Part shown: one piece after another, positions 26,087 to 38,478 of the stretch
Numbering within the stretch: the first letter of the stretch is position 1
Layout of the letters: every line of letters begins with the position of its first letter
Assembly (NCBI RefSeq): GCF_006345805.1
Contig: NC_043000.1
Location: 35,030,001 to 35,094,000, forward strand
Direction of reading: 5' to 3'
Source: Octopus sinensis
Lineage: Eukaryota
DNA length: 64,000 nt
The notes under the pieces: generated by a model
The model's database searches: none
What the model was told of the DNA's origin: nothing
What the model saw: the letters and a program-made list of their open reading frames with translations, nothing else
Program-made: the position numbers and the translations under genes

Positions 26087-26275
26087 ATACCCAAAGAATA
26101 GGATATCTGACTTGCTAGAAAGAGTAGTTAAAACTACATGCCACCAATTATTGTAATTCCGAAAGTGATAAGGTAAAAGTTTTTATTTTTCTATCACTTT
26201 CAGAATTACAATAATTGGTGGCTTGTAGTTTTAACTGCTCTTTCTAGCGAGTCAGATATCCTATTCTTCGGGTAT
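26087..26275. repeat. ~190-bp near-perfect palindrome (foldback)
   Basis: atacccaaagaataggatatctgacttgctagaaagag...gaaagtgata vs tatcactttc...ctctttctagcgagtcagatatcctattcttcgggtat. Confidence 0.95.
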
Positions 26276-26293
26276 ATATATATATATGTATGT

Positions 26294-26525
26294 CTTTCAT
26301 GCTGGCATGGGCTGGACATTTTAACAGGATCTGGTGAGTGACAGGACTGTGCTGGATGCTTTTTTTTATGGCACCAACATGTGTGAGGTTACCCTATAAC
26401 TTACAAAACAAAGAAAAAGAAGTTTCCTCAATTGACTGGGGATGTAGTAGAGAGGGAGATGTTGAGCGGCTAAAATATGATAGCAGGACAGGCACAGTGT
26501 TTTCTGCATTATATAGGAGTGGGTG
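26294..26525 (-). mobile_element. Family A SINE-like element, degenerate, with upstream extension
   Basis: ttcatgctggcatgggctggac...gctggatgcttttttttatggcacc. Confidence 0.6.
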
Positions 26526-27771
26526 GGCATAGCTGGAAAGAAGATTAAGATGCTGGTGATGTGGTGTCAGAGTATTAATATATCTGCATTTATATCTGTC
26601 TGTTTACATACCTACCTACCCACCCATCTATCCAGCCATCTATTCATCCATCCATCTACTCATCCATTTATCTACCTACCTACCACCTATCTGTCTGTCT
26701 GTTTGTCTATATATACAAACTCACTGGCACACACACACACACACACACACACAGATATTATGTGTAAAAGCTGAGTATCCTTTACGATTTCTCTGCACTC
26801 CTCTCATTTAGCTGACACATTGCAAGATCTAATCTATTAAACAATTAACTTAGTAATTCTTTGTATCTTAACTGAAATATAAAAAAACAAAAAAACAATC
26901 AGTTGTAAAAATGGTAAATATACCAATACTTATCAGAAATATATCTAGAGTCTGTTTATGAAGTCCAGAATTCTGAACATGGGAACATTTAAGAAATTGT
27001 TTTTGATTTCAGAATGAAGTATTTTGAAAATCTGTAACTCTTTATGAAAATTTCATCTTTGGCCACTGATATCTTCTGGTTTGTTAACTAATTTGGTTAA
27101 GTTTCTGTTGATTAATAAGAAACTGAAAGAATGAAAGAAATTGTTGTTTAATTTTAATGACTTTAGTAGTTTTAATTAAATCTATTTTCTTCAGTTTTTT
27201 CATTCATTAGAATGTCATACTCTGCTGCAGTTGATTTTTCTTTTTCACATCCTGTCAACATTTCTCCACTATCTCTACTATTCTGACAATTTTCTCATCA
27301 AAATCTCTGTAATATTTTCTATTTCATGTCATCTATTTCTCAAGGTGCAATTATCAATCTTTTCTATATTTCAAACAACCTGCAATAAGTGTTTGTTTTC
27401 TTTTTGGAACTAACATTGTCCAAATAATCCTTCATTTTCTCTCTATTTTCAGATTAATCTATAATGTATTTGTCCTTTTTATTTTTGTTATTTTTTCATT
27501 TTGCTCACATTTCTTTAAACATTCATGTTGTTGCTATTGTATTTTAATAATGCCAAACAATATGTTTACACCAAGTTCTTCTCTGATTTTTCAGAAAATA
27601 CAGTCATAAAATAATGTGTTGTTAAAAATTTGATAACCATAAAACATTTATTTGGATATCTCCATAATCTAAAGACTGTCTCCTGCTAAGTTATTTCATG
27701 AAGATTTTAAAAATACATATTATGAAGATTTCTAACTCATTATAAATATTATTCTTTTTTTTTTGTTTCAG

Positions 27772-27840
27772 TGTTGAGAGTCACTTCATGTCAAAAGACG
27801 ATTGTATTAAAAGATGGATGATGAGAACTCTCATTGTGAG
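27772..27840 (+). CDS. Best candidate exon (69 nt): either 5' UTR plus ATG start MDDENSHCE, or an internal frame VESHFMSKDDCIKRWMMRTLIV
   Basis: ttttttttttgtttcag| acceptor, GAG|gtacgt donor, aagATGG Kozak context with an in-frame TAA just upstream; unique sequence; product not recognised. Confidence 0.5.
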
Positions 27841-28446
27841 GTACGTGATGAATTTTATGGTCACAAGAAATTCTTTCAAAAGAGTGAAAAAAATGAAGGG
27901 CATTCATAAATAATTTTTTGTAAATGCATGCATTGGTAGGACTCATGTTCCAATTAATTATTTGACTTAATCTTCCAATTAATTATCTTGTTTCAATGGT
28001 TGGTGACTGAACATCATAATATGTTAGATTAATTGAGACAGTATTACTTAATATAATCTTTTTCTGAAAGTTGAAGAATGTTACTTTTCTAGCAATGATA
28101 ACCATATTTTAAGAGATTACATTGTTAAACTAATATGTCTAAATGTTTACTCAACATTCTCATTCAAAATCTGTTTCTAACAAGGTGAATGGCTATTGTT
28201 TTATTTGCAGATCTATATTCTTTACTTCATATTTTTCATAGAAATATATCCTAGTAAAACCATCTTCTGGTTCCACTCCCACCCCCCACCTATATAGCGT
28301 GTGATAAAGTAAATATCGGTGATATATTTTGTTGCTCTTAGACATTTTACTTTTAAAAAAGGGGAAGAAAAACTGGTTATTTAAACGATCCAACATATGT
28401 TTTAAAAAACATATGCTGGATAAGTATGGGAAAAAAAATTATATAC

Positions 28447-28820
28447 AGCAGGAGTGGCTGCATGGTAAGTAGCTTGCTTACCAACCAGGGTTCAGTCCTA
28501 CTGCGTGGCACCTTGAGCAAGTGTCTTCTACTATAGCCTTGGGCCTTGTGAGTGGATTTGGTAGACGGAAACTGGAAGGAGCCCGTCATATATGTATATG
28601 TATGTGTGTGTGTGTATGTCTGTGCATCTGTGTTTGTCCCCACGACATTGCTCGACAACCGATGCTGGTATATTTACGTCCCTGTAACTTAGCAGTTTGG
28701 CAAAAGAGACCAATAGAATAACTACTAGGCTTACAAAGAATAAGCTCTGGGGTAGATTTGCTTGACTAAAGGTGATGCTCCAGCATGTCTACAGTCAAAT
28801 GACTGAAACAAGTAAAAGAA
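28447..28820 (+). mobile_element. Family B tRNA-derived SINE, near full length (reference copy)
   Basis: A-box-like tggctgcatgg, B-box-like ggttcagtcc, internal (TA)/(TG)n, 3' cagtcaaatgactgaaacaagtaaaag. Confidence 0.9.
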
Positions 28821-28889
28821 TAGCAGAAAAGAGATCATATAATAGCTGTATAGACTTTATATACAGCAGTAAGGTGTCATATATAAATA

Positions 28890-29150
28890 TCATCATTTAA
28901 CACTTATTCTCCATGCTGGCATGGGTTGGATGATTCCACAGGAACTGATAAGTCAGAAGACTGCTCCAACCCTGCTGTCTGCTTTGGCATGGTTTCTACG
29001 GCTGGGTGCTCTTCCTAATACCAACTATTTTGCAGAGTGTATTGGGTGCTGTTTATTTAGCACTAGCAGCAGTGAGTGAGGTCACCAAGCAATTTGCAAG
29101 ACAGAGCACCCCAGAATTGCGGGCCGGAGGAGTATTGAAAGAAAAAAGTG
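28890..29150 (-). mobile_element. Family A SINE-like element
   Basis: catcatttaac..ccatgctggcatgggttggatg..ggctgggtgctcttcctaataccaac. Confidence 0.8.
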
Positions 29151-30124
29151 TCTACCGCACATGCGTGTACACACACACACACACAGCAATGAAGGCTTTT
29201 TATAAAGCAGTAATGAGTTCATATATAACAGTAAGACGTTAATGTTACAGTAAGTGGTTTATTAATAGGCGGAAACTAATGAATTAATATTTTTCATTTT
29301 TTGCAAAGGAATTTTTCTAGCTTATTTCTAATTAAATTCCAGATTGATGTCTCAAATATTTGGTTTGGAAATTAGCAATACTTGATGTACATTCTCACAG
29401 AATAGTGAAATCTAGAAGTTGAGGGTAGAAGCTTGCAAAAACTAGCGAATATGGTTTCTTGGGGTTAGCTGTGTTAAATTTGGTGTAAATTATATTGAGA
29501 CTACAGCAGACAGCATTTGGATGTTAAAGGAAATGGATTAAAAAATCAAAATAATTTCATTTTTAAAACTTTTTTGCTCATATTTTATATTAAAATATTA
29601 ATGTTAAGAATTTGATCAAGAAATAGGGTGGTCTTGGAGACGGTCATGAAAATAAGAATAGAATTTAAGAATGTCTTGAATAAAATGGGTGTGATTTTTC
29701 TAATTTAGGATAATGGAATCAACATTAAAATTTACTAAAAATTGTATATTGGTAAAAAAAAGAAGAAAGAAACTGAGTAAAAATTGTGTTGATTTCATAA
29801 AGAAAATGGTACAGAACAATAAAATAATAAGGATGATGATGTAAATGAGATTTTTTTTTTATGTATCATTTTGATGATATGATAATATTTTTATTGTTTT
29901 CAGTAAGATTTTCTGTCATTATTTCTCTCTCCTGTGATATTTTGAATTAGTAGTAGTGGTTGTGGTAGTGGTGATGGTGTGGTAGCAGTAGTACAACTTG
30001 TCATCTTCCCATATATCATTCATCTTTCCACTTTAGTGATCAATCCAAGATTCACCTTGTCTTTATTCATTACAGTATATTTATGTTAAAAGAAATAAAG
30101 GAAAATCATATTTCAGCATTGTCA

Positions 30125-30190
30125 ATTAGTTCGACTGAAGGTGGTGCTCCAGCATTGTCGCAGTCAAATGACTGAAACAAGTAAAAGAGA
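30125..30190 (+). mobile_element. Family B SINE 3' end
   Basis: aaggtggtgctccagcattgtcgcagtcaaatgactgaaacaagtaaaagag. Confidence 0.85.
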
Positions 30191-30191
30191 G

Positions 30192-30228
<37 letters not shown>

Positions 30229-30474
30229 ACACTCACACACACACGAACATATATATATAGGGAGAATTCACAAAAAAAACAAGAGACAAAGACAGGTGGT
30301 GTACAAAACAAACAGATGTATTAGTATAATGCTCAGGAATAGAAAAAGTCTTTTACATTTTGAGCCTACACTATTCTACAGAAAGGGACACAGAAAAAAC
30401 AAGGGGAGGAAAAAATGTGTGTTGTGGCTAACGATCTATCATGGCAACTGTGTGTGTATGTATATATATATACA

Positions 30475-30709
30475 CATGGTGTTTAAAAAGTCTCTCCGCA
30501 GTGCATATTTTAATAGTTTTCAGGCAATTCTTGTACACTGATCCTTTACTTGCTCCCCAGACAAAAAAGTCTGGCAGTGTTAAATCAGATGACCTTGGCG
30601 ACCACAGTCCCTTCGAAATAATCCGTTCACCAAAAAACTCTTGAAGTAGCACCATAGTGATGTACAGGATGAAGAAAATTCACTGTGGAGGGACTTTTTG
30701 GACATCCTG
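30475..30709 (-). mobile_element. Short Tc1/mariner deletion derivative (MITE)
   Basis: TIRs catggtgtttaaaaagtctctccgcagtg / cactgtggagggactttttggacatcctg; minus-strand FFGERIISKGLWSPRSSDLTLPDFFVWG (cf. WPPRSPDLTP.DFFLWG). Confidence 0.85.
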
Positions 30710-30727
30710 TGTGTATATATATATATA

Positions 30728-31072
30728 TATTGTTTAAAAGATTGTGGGTAAGGCCAAAACAATGCGAAGTAAATGCAAGGTAAATCACAAGAAAACAAAT
30801 ATGTGAATTAATATAGACTTACCTTGTATTCAATATTTCGGGGTTGTGTCCCCATTTTCAAGAAACTGATGAATGTTGCTGATGTGTGTGTTTGTGAGCA
30901 TGTCTCACTCATGCGCATTGGCAACATTCATCGATTTTTTGAAAATGGGGTCATAACCCCGAAATATTGAATACAAGGTAAGTCTATATTAATTCACATA
31001 TTTGTTTTCTTGTGATTTACCTTGCATTTACTTCGCATTGTTTGGGCCTTACCCACAATCTTTTATACAATG
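30728..31072. repeat. ~345-bp near-perfect palindrome (foldback element), TA-flanked
   Basis: Arms pair from aaaagattgtgggtaaggcc inward to the central gag-catg-tctc; few mismatches, mostly near the centre. Confidence 0.97.
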
Positions 31073-31347
31073 TATTCTACACAATGCTTCACAGTAATTA
31101 TTCCATTATACACATGCACACACACACACACACACATATGTATTTGCAATAGTTACTCAACTGAGGGAAGAGCAGGTGAAGGAGACAGGGAGTGTGGGGA
31201 ACAGCAGCTGTGCAAGAGAGAATGTGAGTTCGAGTTTCATGGCTGGCTGGTAACGAATTTTTCTGCAATATATGGATAGCTTATCCTGTTCATGCTATTG
31301 TATTAGCATTATCATGCATTTGAGAATGAATTATTTCTGTGTGTATA

Positions 31348-31735
31348 TCATCATCATCATCATCATCATCGTTTAACGTTTTGACTGAGGGCTGGCAAAC
31401 CAGATGGCTGCACAAGGCTTCAATCTTGATCAGGCAGAGTTTCAACAGCTGGATGCCCTTCCTAACGCCAACCACTCCGAGAGTGTAGTGGGCGCTTTTA
31501 CATGCCACCAGCACGAGGCCAGTCAGGCGGTACTGGCAATGACCTCGCTCGAATCTTTTACTCATGCCACCGGCACGGGTGCCAGTTAGGTGATGCTGGT
31601 AACGATCACGCTCGAATGATGTCTTTTACATGCCACCGACATGGAGGCCAGATAGCTGCTCTGGCAACGATCACGCTCGGATGGTGCTCTTAATACCCTA
31701 CTAGCACGGGGCTCGAGTGCCAGTAAGGCAATGCT
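31348..31735 (-). mobile_element. Family A SINE-like element with three tandem ~62-67-bp subunits
   Basis: catgccacc...cgctcgaat unit starts near 31501, 31563 and 31630. Confidence 0.9.
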
Positions 31736-33925
31736 GCCCTAACCACTGGGCCATTGCACCTCCTAGTGAATATAATCCTCTGTGTACAGTACCTAGAGCT
31801 GCTAATGGCACTGTAAGACCAAAGAACTGAAGTTTCTAAATTAGCAGTATTCTTTAAACTCCATTTAGTGATTTAACTGGAAGGATATTGGCATTTATAA
31901 TTGTGAGGAGGTGGGCAATGATGATGATGATGATGATGTTGGTGTGTTGGTGGTTGTGATGGTAGCTGTGGTGGTAATAGTTGTGAGAAACAGAGAAAAA
32001 TGTTTGCAGGAGATTGATATTAAATTTCAACCTCATTTTTCTGCCTGGCCTCCAAATAAATAAATAAATATATGAACAATAATTTATATCTAATAGTATC
32101 ATAGTATTTATTGAAGATATTCAGTATTTTGTTCTGTGATACATTTTGTGTTGGTACTGAGATGGTATCATATATAGTAGTGTGTGATATTCTAACAGCA
32201 TTGCTACTTGCTCTAACATCATCAGACATCAAGTATCTCTGGTATTATTGATAATTATCAAACCTTGTGTGTTTAGTTCACAAACAGCTTCCACTGACCT
32301 TCTTTTCTTTATAAACATAAACACAATACAATTTCTGAGCACACACACACACACACACACTTATGAATGTGTTTTTGTATTTGTATGTTTAATTTATTTA
32401 TAACAGTAATTTCATTATTTTCTTTCATGTTTTATATTTTTATTAATTTGTTCTCATTAGTGAAAGAAACAGTGATTTAAGATGTCTGCCTTCAGTTTTG
32501 TCAAAACTAACTTCAGACCTGACTATTTTGATATTTTCTCTTCGCTTTCACATTTTCTTGCCTGCTTCTATTAAAAAACAAAACAAAAAAAAAAGAGAAG
32601 AAAACAAAATACAACAACGAACAAACAAAAAACAAAACAAAAACAACAATATGTAAACAAAACAGCAAAAAAAAATTTTAATGAAATTTACAAAAACAAA
32701 ATTTTGCTATTTTTTTCCCCCCATTTTTAAAATTTGTTTTTAGGTTATTGTAGAAAGAAAAATACATTTAAAAAAAAATCGAAGAAAAAGTATAAAAAGT
32801 GTTTAAAGAAAAATGAAAATATAACAAGAACAAATAAAAGATGCAATAAGATTGACTGTTGAAATTAAAGCTGGTTGTGTGTTGTATATATGTATATATA
32901 CATGGAATGGGAGGGAGATAGTTTATGGTTGGTAATTACAAAAGATTTAGGTTCAGGGGAGAGAGTTATTAATGAAATTGGATTGTAAGGAGAATTTAAT
33001 GTAGGTGGGAAAAAAGGGATTTACTTTGTGTAGTTGTGTATTTTATTGTTGTCTTGTTTGTTTCTCTCTTTTTTTTAAGAATGTTGTTTAGTCCGAGGTT
33101 AGCATCCAGAAAATAGACTTAGGATCAAAAGTGATCTCATCTTTTCTTTTGGGGGCATAGTGTATCTTGGACCACATTATTTGCGTTATTCCATCTTTAC
33201 AAAGCCAGAATGTTGTTTGAAGATTTGGTTGCTACTTCTTGCAGTTTCACTGACCATACAGAGGCATCCAATTTGTATTTTTATCATTTTTGTTAATATT
33301 TTCAAAATGTCTCATCTGGCCCATGTTAGCTATGAAAAACTGGACATAAAATATTGTCTCTATATGTCAATAGGATATTTACTGAGTTTAGTGTCGTTAT
33401 TTTTCTCCTATTATCACCGTCATCATCATCAGCAGCAACAGCAGTGTTAATAACAATATCTACTGTGATAATGAAACCCAGGATCGCCAACATTATTATT
33501 ATTATTGTTATTACTACTACTACTACTGTTAAAATATTATCATTTGTCATTGCCTCATCATAATGAAGTCCACATTTTCTCTAGGACTGTCTACCTTTTC
33601 ACAACTTCCAAAGTTATATTACCAACCCCACCATCATCACCACTGCCACTGTTGTTAGCACCATCATTGAGGTGACTGGTGGACACTCATCCTATCAGAA
33701 ATAACAGTCAAATTCTTCACAAATCACACTATCATTTAACTGGACAGGGTAGTGTAGCCCTAAATACAAGGTGTTATATTTGACATGAATGTGTTTTTTT
33801 TAATTTCTTTCTTTGTTTATAACAACTATAGACCAGAAGTCCAGTTTGAATAGGAAATATTGAACAAATATTGAGCCATGGTCAATGGATGTAGTCATAT
33901 CCAGAAACATGTTTCTAGGAAATTT

Positions 33926-34069
33926 CACAAGCATGGCTTTGGGGTAAGAAGCTTGCTTTCCAACCAGATGGTTCTGGGCAAGTGTCTTCTACTATAGCCT
34001 CAGGCCAGCCACAGTCTTGTGAGTGGATTTGGTAGATGGAAATTGAAAGAAACCCATTGTATATATATT

Positions 34070-34104
<35 letters not shown>

Positions 34105-34276
34105 CCCCCACCACCACTTGACAATCGGTGTTGGTGTGTTTTTGTCCTCAACTTAGCAGTTCAGCAAAACAAACTGATCAAATACTTGGGTCAGTTCATT
34201 CACCTAAAAATTATTCAAGGTGGTGCCCCAGCATGATCACAGTCCAATGACTGAAACAAGTAAAAGATAAAAGATA
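33926..34276 (+). mobile_element. Family B SINE with internal (TG)(AG)n
   Basis: ggcaagtgtcttctactatagcc...ggtggtgccccagcatgatcacagtccaatgactgaaacaag. Confidence 0.9.
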
Positions 34277-34831
34277 GATCTTATTGATTTGTTCCTTTGT
34301 GTGGAAATTCAGTGTTAACATTTGGGAACTTGAGCATTTTAGAGAGTAAAATTTTAGAATTACTCCATTAAAATTCTTGGACTTTGAAGGAGAATTCTTA
34401 TCAGAAGTGGAGGTAAATTGGTGGCCGTTGTGACAGTGTGAGAATTACATCATTGGAAAGTAATGACAGAAGTTCTTTGCATTTCACTCACATGTTTTCT
34501 ACTTTCATCATAATCCATTTTCATCTTGTATGTTAACAAATTATGCCTTATTAACTGAAGACAAAAAAACAAAGAAACATTTCTAAGGTGTTGTGGTGGC
34601 TTCTAATTTGGCAAAAAACATCTAAAATAGTGAAATTCCAAAATAATTTACCATTTCAATGATATATTGCAAGCTTTCTCTTTTAATTACACCAAAAATT
34701 CATTAAAAAGTTATAGTTTTTGTAAAACTTTCCAGCTAAGCCCCACATATTTAATACTTTTTTCTTCTTATTTTTCACCTCTTTCCTATACCTCTCTCTA
34801 TCTTCTGTGTCGATAAAAGCAGAAAACTTAC

Positions 34832-34906
34832 CTTTTTTTGATCATCTTAGATATTTTTATGTGTATTTCATGTTCTATTATTTCTTGATTTCTTCTTAGT
34901 TTTTCT
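34832..34906 (-). other. Candidate 75-nt exon
   Basis: Minus strand atatcttag|agaaaaac...gatcaaaaaaag|gtaagt; one open frame EKLRRNQEIIEHEIHIKISKMIKK. Confidence 0.3.
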
Positions 34907-36182
34907 CTAAGATATATTTTTATAGAAAATACAAAATCCCCCCCTCTCCCGTTCCATTGTGTAATATATCAACTAATTGAAATAGACTTTGAAAACAGAA
35001 AACAAACAACATTTGTTTCTTTTTAACTTTAAAGTTAAAATTATTTTTTGTAATTATTGCAAATTCATATATTTTTCTGTACTGCAATTTGTTTTTACAC
35101 GTGTGTGTTTGTAAATGTATATATACACACATCACCTTTCCATGCTTGCATGGCCATACTTGTATGTGTATTTATGTATATTTATGTATGTATGTACACT
35201 AGAGAAAGAGAGAGAATGTGCGTGTGTGTGTGTGTGTGTGCATGTGTTTAACTGTGTGTGGACTTATGTTCAATGCTTATTGATAAAAATATAAATTTTA
35301 GAAAATTTCACTCATTGTTGAAGTGTAAAACTGCTATTGTGAAGACCTGTAAATATATGTTATTGATAAATTGCAATATGTGAGGAATTGTGAATGGTAA
35401 CAATAAAATTGACCATTTTCATTACGACCTCAACTAATAAAACAATTATAAACATTGCAAAGAAAAAAAAAAGGTTGTGAGTCATTATTATTAAGGAATT
35501 TTGGTGCTTTATTAGTATTTGTTTATTTCATTACATTCATACCTACATATATATATATATATATATATAAATTTATGTATATAAACAATTTTTTTTTCAC
35601 TTTTATAAAGCATGATTAGATTTTGTCTCTAACATTCCAACTAGAAGTGTTCTTAATTAAACAACTAAACATACTCTTTTGTTTTGAAATATGTATATGG
35701 TTTTATTTCGACATAGTTGGTATTTTTGTTGCTATTTTTGATTGGGCTAATTTCCACTTAATTTCATTGTTTCACGAATGTTATAGTGTGAAAGTAGCAT
35801 TACACTCCTTCACAATCAGTTTGACTGGAAATTCTCTCTGAATATGAACATATATCAAATTGGCTAAAAAAAAAAAAAAAAGAAACAGGTATAGATTTTA
35901 TTGATGTTAAAAAATGGTATATTCTGAAGAAAACAAAAAAAACAAAACAAACTGCAAACCAGATAAAAACAAAAACAAGTCTGTACATTTAGGTAGACAT
36001 AATACAGTAATTTATGCATTTTTGAAACTTTTTAAATAATAAATAACTTACATGTATATAATTAGTTATGTTTTTTTATTCCCTAAAGGCTTGAGATGAT
36101 CTCTGTGTCATATGTTTATTAGATTTTGATAAATCTAACAATGTTGTCTTCTTTATCTCTCAACTGTTTTCCTGAAACCTGA

Positions 36183-36231
36183 AGCCACTACCTAAATTTG
36201 GTATTGATGCAACCAAATGTAGGTGGTGGCT
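36183..36231. other. 49-nt hairpin, 20-bp stem with one wobble and one mismatch
   Basis: agccactacctaaatttggt-attgatgca-accaaatgtaggtggtggct. Confidence 0.8.
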
Positions 36232-37072
36232 GGCTGATAGGGGTCCCTTTTGTCAGTTTTTAATTTTTATCGAAAACACTTTTTATTAAAACATTTCTCT
36301 CATATCAGTTGTTTGTGTGAGGTTTTTTTCAACCATATTGAAACAAGAAACTCAAACCTTTCAAAAAATAGTAGTAGACTTCCATGTCAAGAGTGCTGTT
36401 TGGTGTTTGTAGATACTGACTGAATGGGAGATGAATTTTTGATGGTTTGTTCCTCCAAGTCTACCTTTGTCCTTTTCTATTTTGGTTCCATTGAGTTGGT
36501 TCTTCCTAAGAAGACACGCAACATTTTGCTTTCGAGCTAGTTTACTCTTCTTTCATGCTTATCTTTGTAATTGGTAAATTGAGATAAGGAACTTCTAACT
36601 CTTATTCAGCATTGTTTTTACTGTATGGAGCAAATGGTCCAGTTACGGATTCATCGCTTTCTTTCCTGCTGGCCACACTTTCAAGGAAAATTAAACATTT
36701 TCAGTTTTTTACATTTTTTACACCAGATTCATATAACTGGGTCAACTGCATCCTTGTGGGTGATTTGCAAGGTGGAAACTGCAGGAATTCTGTGTATCAT
36801 AATTTTAATGCCACCTGTCCATGTTTGCATAAGTTAGAATTTATTGATTCAAATTTTCATCTCTGTCAATCTTGTTTCTAAGCAACAAAATATCTCTTTA
36901 GTGCTGGACATGTTTTCATGGAAGATTGGAAACAAATATCACTACTTATATGGCAGTAACACTTGTTTGCAACTGTTATGTGAGATCATGACAAAGAAAC
37001 AAAACACACACACACACTCTCTCTCTCTCTCTAGTAATTGCCTCTTTCTGCTGAATCAACAAAGATTTATGT

Positions 37073-37419
37073 GTGTGGGGGGAGCTAAGAATTTGCTTCC
37101 CAACCACATGGTTCTGGGTTCAGTCCCACTATGTGGCACCTTGGCCAAGTGTCTTCTACTATAGCCTCAAGCCAACAAAAGCTTTGTGAGTGGTTTCAGT
37201 AGATGGAAACTGAAAGAAGTCCACTATATATGTGTGTGTGTGTGTGTGTGTCCCAGCACCACTTGTCAGCCAGTGTTTTTGTTTACGCCCCAAAACTTAA
37301 CTAGGCTGATAGAATAGGTAGTAAGCTTAAAAAAAAAAAATAAGTACTGAGGTTGATCCATTTGACAAAAATTCCTCAAGGCAGTGCCCCAGCATGGCCA
37401 TAGTCTGATGATGGAACAC
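37073..37419 (+). mobile_element. Family B SINE
   Basis: ggttctgggttcagtcccactatgtggcaccttggccaagtgtcttctactatagcc...gtgccccagcatggcc. Confidence 0.9.
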
Positions 37420-38478
37420 AACCCTTACAATAGAATAGGTCAGAAGAGAACTTGGCACCCACTGACCTTATTTATCCCCCAAAAGAGTTATGAAGACCCA
37501 GTTGTGTTAATCTTCAGCTATGATGACGGAATTTTCCTTCTATTGAACTAGAGATGTCCTGGGGTTAAAACAACCACCAAAATATATTGCAATCTCTTTA
37601 ATGTCTACAATAGTGTCTCCCTGTCTTTTGTAAACAGCTGTGTATATTCAAGCAATGAGGATCATATAAGCAAATACGCACGTAAACAATTTGGTCTATG
37701 AACAACAAGTAATCAAGATGTTATTGCTACAGCAGTATTCCGAATTTACTTAAATTCTCATCTTTTCAAGAAGAGCACATAAAAATAAAATACTCTATTA
37801 ATTTGCCGTCTCAGGGTTGGCACATGTGTCTAATAAATGGTGAAGAATTGACCATTACTGGTCTAAATCTACTTTGTCATCATTGCAAGAATGACCATAA
37901 TCTCCTTACATTCCCAGATCAAGGTGGACAACAACATGTATGTAATATAACTGATGTGGACTTGATATTCGATACAAACAGACTGAGCCACACAGCTTTA
38001 GGTGTGAGTGTGTGTGTATGTATTAGTATCTCCATGGCAGCTCTGTATGAATCACTCCTCAACATTTGTTGCATTCTTTCTAAACCATGCAAATATTCAA
38101 CCCATGCTGACTGCAAATACAAATGACCAAACAATTTGACCAGTTAAAATATTTCACTTTTACAAATTACTATAAATTGATGATTTTATTTTATATATAT
38201 ACATACATACATATATATATATGTGTGTGTGTGTGTGTATTTTTATATCAAAATACATATCTTACAAAATCTGCTACTGTATCTGACTTTGCTTCATCTC
38301 AATTATAGTTTTCAATCTCTTATTAAACTGTGACATTTTATATTTATATTCATCCCAGAAAAGTGCACTTATGATGGTAACAGATAAATCTGGAATAGTT
38401 TAGGATTCTGGATTGGCAGATGAATTTTTTTTTTTTTCTGTCATGAGTCAAAATATCTGTAGTTTGTGACATAGCAGT

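Noticed and set aside
28447-28510. tRNA gene-like A/B boxes (also 39261, 47437, 62713)
   Set aside because: No cloverleaf or terminator; they are heads of multi-copy SINEs.
36300-37000. Overlapping 70-106 aa ORFs, possibly an old LINE or transposase
   Set aside because: Only vague motif similarity on both strands; no family could be assigned.
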